Source of the DNA: Octopus bimaculoides
Taxonomy: Eukaryota
Reading direction: 5' to 3'
DNA: 40,834 bases
NCBI RefSeq assembly: GCF_001194135.2
Contig: NC_068985.1
Location: 62,088,788-62,129,621 of the forward strand
Positions 35,047 through 40,834 of the stretch are shown piece after piece (position 1 is the first letter of the stretch; the number at the start of each line of letters is the position of its first letter). The position numbers were made by a program, and so were the translations under genes. The notes beneath the pieces are model-generated. The model was not told the origin of the DNA. It ran no database searches and saw only the letters and a program-made list of their open reading frames with translations.

Positions 35047-37590
35047 TAATATCCGGCTTATTATGCTTACATTAGTTTTGATGGGAATATTCCATTAGCA
35101 TTCCTTGAGTTGGTGTTTATGACAGTGTTAAATAACAAGCATTTTCTAAGTTTATTTCAGGACAGACTTTTTTACGGATGGCATTGTAAATTGTTTTAGC
35201 AACAACATCGTGCCCCATAGGGAGGTCGTACCGTGACGACATTTTAGGACAGCTAATCACAGAAACATGACATAACCTACATATGCGGTTGCACCTTAGG
35301 TTTACAAGAGCGTCACTGTCTCTCTTGTTCACCAGGTACTTTGTGGCAATCTCCTGTTCCTGGATTGCAAACGCATAGCTTTCAAAGTGTGATGTGATGT
35401 AGTGGTCTCGTGTTCAAGAGAGGATGCATTTCGTGTCAACTGTACTGTCTTCTTCAAGTTTCCGGGCAACATACCCATGCACAGTCTTTTTTTTTTTTTT
35501 TTGTATGCTGAGTGCTTTCCATCCATTTCTTCTCTGAGATAAGAGAGCCCAGCTGTTTTGGGGATGTATAGGAGATCATCAGGAAGAGAGTGATTCTTGA
35601 GGAGCTCATTGCCAGCTAGTACAATGTTGCTCACTACGCTTTTCAGCACTGCGTTTATATATTTATTTTTGCTGCTGTTATTCAGCAGGTGCTGCTTGAA
35701 TGATACCATACGGCATTCGAAGGCCGTCTGCACTGATCTCAGGCCTCTACCACCTTCATTTCTTTTTAGGTAGAGCCTGTCAATATCACTGTTTCTGTGG
35801 AAGTTCCCAGTTATTGTCAGGATTTTGCGGGTTTTGATATCTACAGATCAATCAAGTGCCCCAAATGTTGGGATCAGCACTGGTACTGTAAATGTATTGA
35901 GGGATATTGTTTCGTTGTAAGAGGGGAGTTCCGACTGCCATATTTTCCTAAGTCTGGTGTAATAGTCTCGGGTCACTCTATCTTTATTCACAGTGCCTTC
36001 ATATGATACATTTTCATCTATGCCTAGGTAATTGTAACATTCTTTGTGTAGAATTGGGGAGATAAAGAGACCGTTGATGCACAGGTTTTGGATTTGGGGG
36101 ACTGACTTACCCCGTTCTATAACCAAATATGAACATTTCTTCTGGCCAAATTCCATGCCTATATCAGCTAAAAAGTTATTAATTCCAGTTGTTTGTTGGC
36201 ATTGCTAACACTTTTAGCATAAATTTTTAGGTCGTCTACCAAGAAATTACATTGATATTTCTAGCAGTTGAAGATCCTAGCATGTAACCATTTGTTTCCT
36301 GCAGTAGGAACGATAATGAGCTCAGTGCCAAAATGAAAAGAAGTACAGAAAGACTATTTTCCTGGAATATTCCTTTTGAAATGCTTATAGCATCTGAAAC
36401 AATTATTCTGTTCTCAGTTGGAAGGGTGAGAATTGTTGTCTATGCCTTTGTGAGAGTCTCTTTAGCAGCAATTAAGGTGGCAGGTACTTTTGCCAGGTGT
36501 AGGAACGTCAATAGCCATGAATGAGGGATAGAGTCGAATGCTTTCTTATAGTCAAGCCATATGTCACAAGGTTTCTACGTTGTTTTCTTACTTCAAACAG
36601 TACAGCTTTGTTTATTAAAAGTTGTTCGGCACATCCCCACTGTCCCTTCCTTCCACCAGCCTGTTCATCAGTCACAATGTTGTTTGACTCACAATGGTCC
36701 CAGAGGAATTGGTTGAGGCAACTTGTGTACAGTTTGTACAGTGTTTAGACAGGCAATGGGCCTGTAGCTTCCTGCCATCTCGGTGATTTCATTTTTGGCA
36801 ACAAGATTTGTCCTTGCTGTTGCAAGCCAATTTGGTATATCATTTTAACCTCCCATAGTCCTTTTGAACATACATATCAACTGCTTTCTATAAAAAGTCA
36901 GCTTCTTGTACCACTATCCAACTATCAAGTCCCTTCCATATGCCTTCCCATTCTGCAGTTTGCCTACCACTATAGCGAACGTTTCTGCATCGATTTTGTG
37001 TGTTTTACTGTTAGTGTTAGTACAGTATCCTCTCAATTGTATTTAACTATGACGCATTCAGGTTGAAGTCCCCCTTTTCGTTCCAAATTTTTGACCAGAA
37101 TAATTGTAGATCTTCTTGGGAGGGAGCTTTCTTAATGGTAATGTTTTCCTTTTTCTGTATAATGCTTGTGGGTGGAAGCAAACTTGCGATTGATACTGGC
37201 TCGATCAAAAATTCGCATGCGATAGCGGAGTTTCTCGCTCATCGTCCTGAGTTCATGTTTTCAAGTGATTAGCTTTCCCTCAAAAAGCTTAGTGTGAAGA
37301 GTTGCCATAAAGTTTCGTTAATTTTTGTCTAAGGTAGAGTTGGTGAGGTGTAGACTCATTTTTCTCCTTACATTTTATTGTTGTAGTTAACTATCCAATA
37401 TGGCGGCGCACGTTGTTGATGTTCTTTTCAGGTTTTGTTTTGCATCTAGGTTGCTTCCGTTTAGTAACTTCGTTACTTTGTTCCCTGTAGATTTCTCCTA
37501 AGTGTTCTGGTGTTCTTTGACAGTAATAGCGGCTGTGTATATAAGAGTATTTATATTCCAGTAATTAACTTCACATGATTTCATGTGCTC
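35047..37590 (-). mobile_element. Decayed R4-like RLE retrotransposon (family C), cut at the RLE catalytic motif
   Basis: YWNINTLIYTAAITV, YRPIACLN, EQAGGRKG, KAFDSIPH, LVDDLKIY, EFGQKKC, YNYLGIDE, NTFTVPVL, CRLC...CP...HDVVAK, then HNKPDI at the 35047 junction. Confidence 0.88.
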
Positions 37591-37781
37591 TCTATGTATG
37601 TATGTATGTATGGATGGATGGATGGATGGATGGATGGATGGATGAATGGATGGATGGATAGATGAATGGATGGATAGGTGTTTATCTATATATATATATA
37701 TGTATGTATGTATGTATATATATACACACATATACGTGTACACACATGCGTATATACACATACACACACACACATACATAT

Positions 37782-38410
37782 CCTCTTTTACTCTTTTGCT
37801 TGTTTCAGTCACATGACTGCGGCCATCTTGAAGCACCACTTTAAAATGTTTCTTTTAATCGAACAAATCGACTCCAGAACTTATTCTTTGTAAGCCTAGT
37901 ACTTATTCAGTCGGTAAACATACCAACACCGATTGTCAAGCGATGGTGNNNNNNNNNNNNNNNNNNNNNNNNNNNNNNNNNNNNNNNNNNNNNNNNNNNN
38001 NNNNNNNNNNNNNNNNNNNNNNNNNNNNNNNNNNNNNNNNNNNNNNNNNNNNNNNNNNNNNNNNNNNNNNNNNNNNNNNNNNNNNNNNNNNNNNNNNNNN
38101 NNNNNNNNNNNNNNNNNNNNNNNNNNNNNNNNNNNNNNNNNNNNNNNNNNNNNNNNNNNNNNNNNNNNNNNNNNNNNNNNNNNNNNNNNNNNNNNNNNNN
38201 NNNNNNNNNNNNNNNNNNNNNNNNNNNNNNNNNNNNNNNNNNNACAAACACATAATATATACATATATGAATATATACGATGGGATTCTTTCAGTTCCCG
38301 TCTACTAAATTCACTCACAAAGCTTTGGTCGGCCTCAGAGACACTTGCCCAAGGTGCCACGCAGTGAGATTGAACCTGGAACCATGTCCTTGGGAAGCAA
38401 GCTTCTTACA
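37782..38410 (-). mobile_element. tRNA-type SINE, family S2 (spans an N gap)
   Basis: Minus-strand head GTAAGAAGCTTGCTTCCC...GGTTCCAGGTTCAATCTCACTGCGTGGCACCTTGGGCAAGTGTCT; body with internal CA/TA repeat; tail ...GAAACAAGCAAAAGAGTAAAAGAG. Confidence 0.8.
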
Positions 38411-39250
38411 TATATAATGTAAACTGTTGGAACGTTTCAAGTCGTTCGAAGCGCTATTTATTACAGGGAGTTCTATATATACCCATACATCAGTCTGTTT
38501 TAGGTAATGTTCTAACAATCTGTCATAACTATTCTTCCCACACATGTGAACAGACTTACGTGAGGCAAACAGATACGCAACGGAACGCGTACCGTGTGAC
38601 ATGAACTCACATGTTTTTGTAGGTAATTCCTGATTATACTAGGGAAGGTTGCCAGGAAGGACCAAAGGTGCAACAGTGACCGATTTAAAGATAAAGATTA
38701 TCGGTGAAACGTTCAAATATAACTTTGGTTTGTTGCAAATATAATAGAACTGAGAATGTGTTCTAGAGCAGGGATAAAAGGCCATGTACTGTTAGCCATT
38801 AAACGTCTTTTATTTAAAAATAGCAAAAATGAGAAATTATATACTGCCAACTAATCAATGATCTACAGTTTCTGTCCATAATTATCAGTATACTAGGTTT
38901 AGCAATGAAATATGTTCGTTTTAAACTTGTTTAGAAAAGCGATTGTTTAGGAAAGAGAAAAGACTGACATGCAGCTTACAAACTGAGTAAATCAGATAAA
39001 TGTGTCTAAACATTCTAGTACGCACAGCCATATGTACATGTATACACACGTGCACATGCGCATAAACACACAGATACACACGCGTGCACACACACACACA
39101 TACACACACACATACACACACACACACACAGAAAGAGAGAAACATTATGGGCATTAAGAAAATAACAAAGACGAACAGCTACACAATACTAAAATCTTTC
39201 TGCGATTCATAATAAAAACAGCGTAGCAAAGCGCGACAAACGTAACAATG

Positions 39251-39718
39251 TTTGTCGATCAAATCGCTTGTTTTCTCGTTGATATATCTACTAAGCTTAT
39301 GAATAGTGGTATGATATGTCGGGTAAGCAAGTAGTTTTATCAATGTGCAACAAGAAATTGGTGTGTGTATGTGTGTGTGTGTGTGTCTGCGTGCGCGAGC
39401 GCGTGTGTTTTCTCATTTTTATAAATATCGTAAAACATCAAGTCATAAAATCACGAGACATACCATTGAGAAAATGGTAAAAATGGATTCTATCTACAAA
39501 ATTTATGAACGAAAGAAAAACGCACGAGATAGTGCACTTCCCCCATCCCTCACACGCACAGGAAATATCAATATCGATCTTTATGAATGGTGATAATTTC
39601 TCAGGTGAAACTCGCTTATTACTCATAGATAAAGTTGCTGAATTGCCCACGAGAAATTATCACAACTCATAAAAATTATTAGAAATATCAACGAGAAAAG
39701 AAGAAATTTGACCAACAA
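39251..39718. mobile_element. Old MITE-like element with degenerate inverted arms
   Basis: TTTTCTCGTTGATATATCTA (39271-39290) vs the reverse complement of 39680-39699, 19 of 20 matching; weaker similarity extends on both sides; no TSD found. Confidence 0.55.
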
Positions 39719-40529
39719 GACTGAAATGATGTTTCTTGCTGCTGATGAACTGTATCTATAACTTTCTGCGGGACATCACGATATCCTCTGCATCATTATT
39801 TAAGATTTTCCGTCCAGGTCTGACCCACATTAAACCTACACTGCTAACACTAAGCCGTTAATATTATGTTTGAGATACAAATCTCTGATTCTCTTCCACA
39901 CCATCTCAGTTATTCAGTTATAATCTTTCTGTTAGCTTATTCATTTGAATATTGGCAACAGACACTTCCAGTTAGGTTCATTTATTCATGTGTCACAGAA
40001 GCGTCAATCAATTTCCAAGCTCACCGACAAAGAAGTCGTTGGATTATTTCTTATCTTTAATGTAAGGACATTACCTCATCTTTCTCTGAAGTAATTATAG
40101 TCATTCATACTAGACTTCTTGGTTGCCTTACTCCCTCCATATGGACACCGCTGTCACAGAGGCCAAAACGTTTACAAATCTGATAAGTTGGTCTCATCCC
40201 CTCCATTCGTCTCTCTTACCTATTTACTGAACTTTGCTCTCTCTCTGTCACCTCCATACCTAACCATTATTCTATCTTCTGGTCTCTACCCAGTCATAGT
40301 AACTTACCGGGCATCAATTCACCGCGCATAATCTTTATCTCTTGTACTCTGTGGCATTTACAGTAAGCTAATCACTTGGATATTATTAGATATCACTGGA
40401 TAACAGTTTAAACAAGAGACACAGACTAAGTGCTTCGAGTAAATCACCGACCTCCACAAAGAAGCATTTACTCATTATTATAATTCTTGCAAGTCGACAA
40501 TAAAGAGAGTGAAGAATGGTATATTTCTT

Positions 40530-40834
40530 TCCTAAATTGTGGCTTTATCAACACACACATATAGACGAACGCACATATATACACACACACACCCATATAT
40601 ACGCGCACGCCTACATACACAGCCGCATACACATGCACACACATACACACAGGAGCGCACACACAAAATAACACACATACCTGGCACACATCCTTACGCT
40701 CTCACACACATACGCACGCACACACATAAATACACACATACACACCTCTCACATACACAAAACCACACACACACACATACACATATACACACATGCACAC
40801 ATACACATATACACACATGCACACACGCACATAC
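40530..40834. repeat. Degenerate (CA)n/(TA)n low-complexity tract
   Basis: Directly visible. Confidence 0.9.

Noticed and set aside
38530-38610. CEQTYVRQT resembling the second half of a GIY-YIG motif
   Set aside because: Too short, with no supporting first motif or RT nearby.
3-40689. Many ORF-track entries rich in poly-Y/H/I/L/T/V or X
   Set aside because: They are translations of microsatellites or N gaps, not proteins.

Overview
This is a gap-rich, microsatellite-dense animal genomic window made almost entirely of transposon debris, and I could not support any host gene. The SINE families look like those I recall from Octopus/cephalopods, so the taxon is an inference, not a database result. 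It contains: three divergent L1/Tx1-like LINEs plus a 3' stub (+ strand); four R4/Dong-like RLE retrotransposon copies from three families (- strand); one decayed RTE LINE; two Penelope-like (RT + GIY-YIG) elements; several tRNA-type SINEs; a probable non-autonomous Helitron-like element; and several inverted-repeat elements. All TE ORFs are disrupted. The main signals are: (1) a ~295-nt rod-like foldback at 33653-33947 with a minimal type I hammerhead ribozyme at its tip, resembling a retrozyme or viroid; (2) further hammerhead-like motifs nearby, one overlapping the stop codon of a Penelope GIY-YIG frame; (3) a foldback element with a tRNA-like core; (4) a TIR element with an 8-bp TSD that carries (CCCTAA)n; (5) repeated Tx1(+)/R4(-) occupation of the same (TAT)n tracts in opposite orientation. 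All alignments and folds were read by eye, and element boundaries are approximate.
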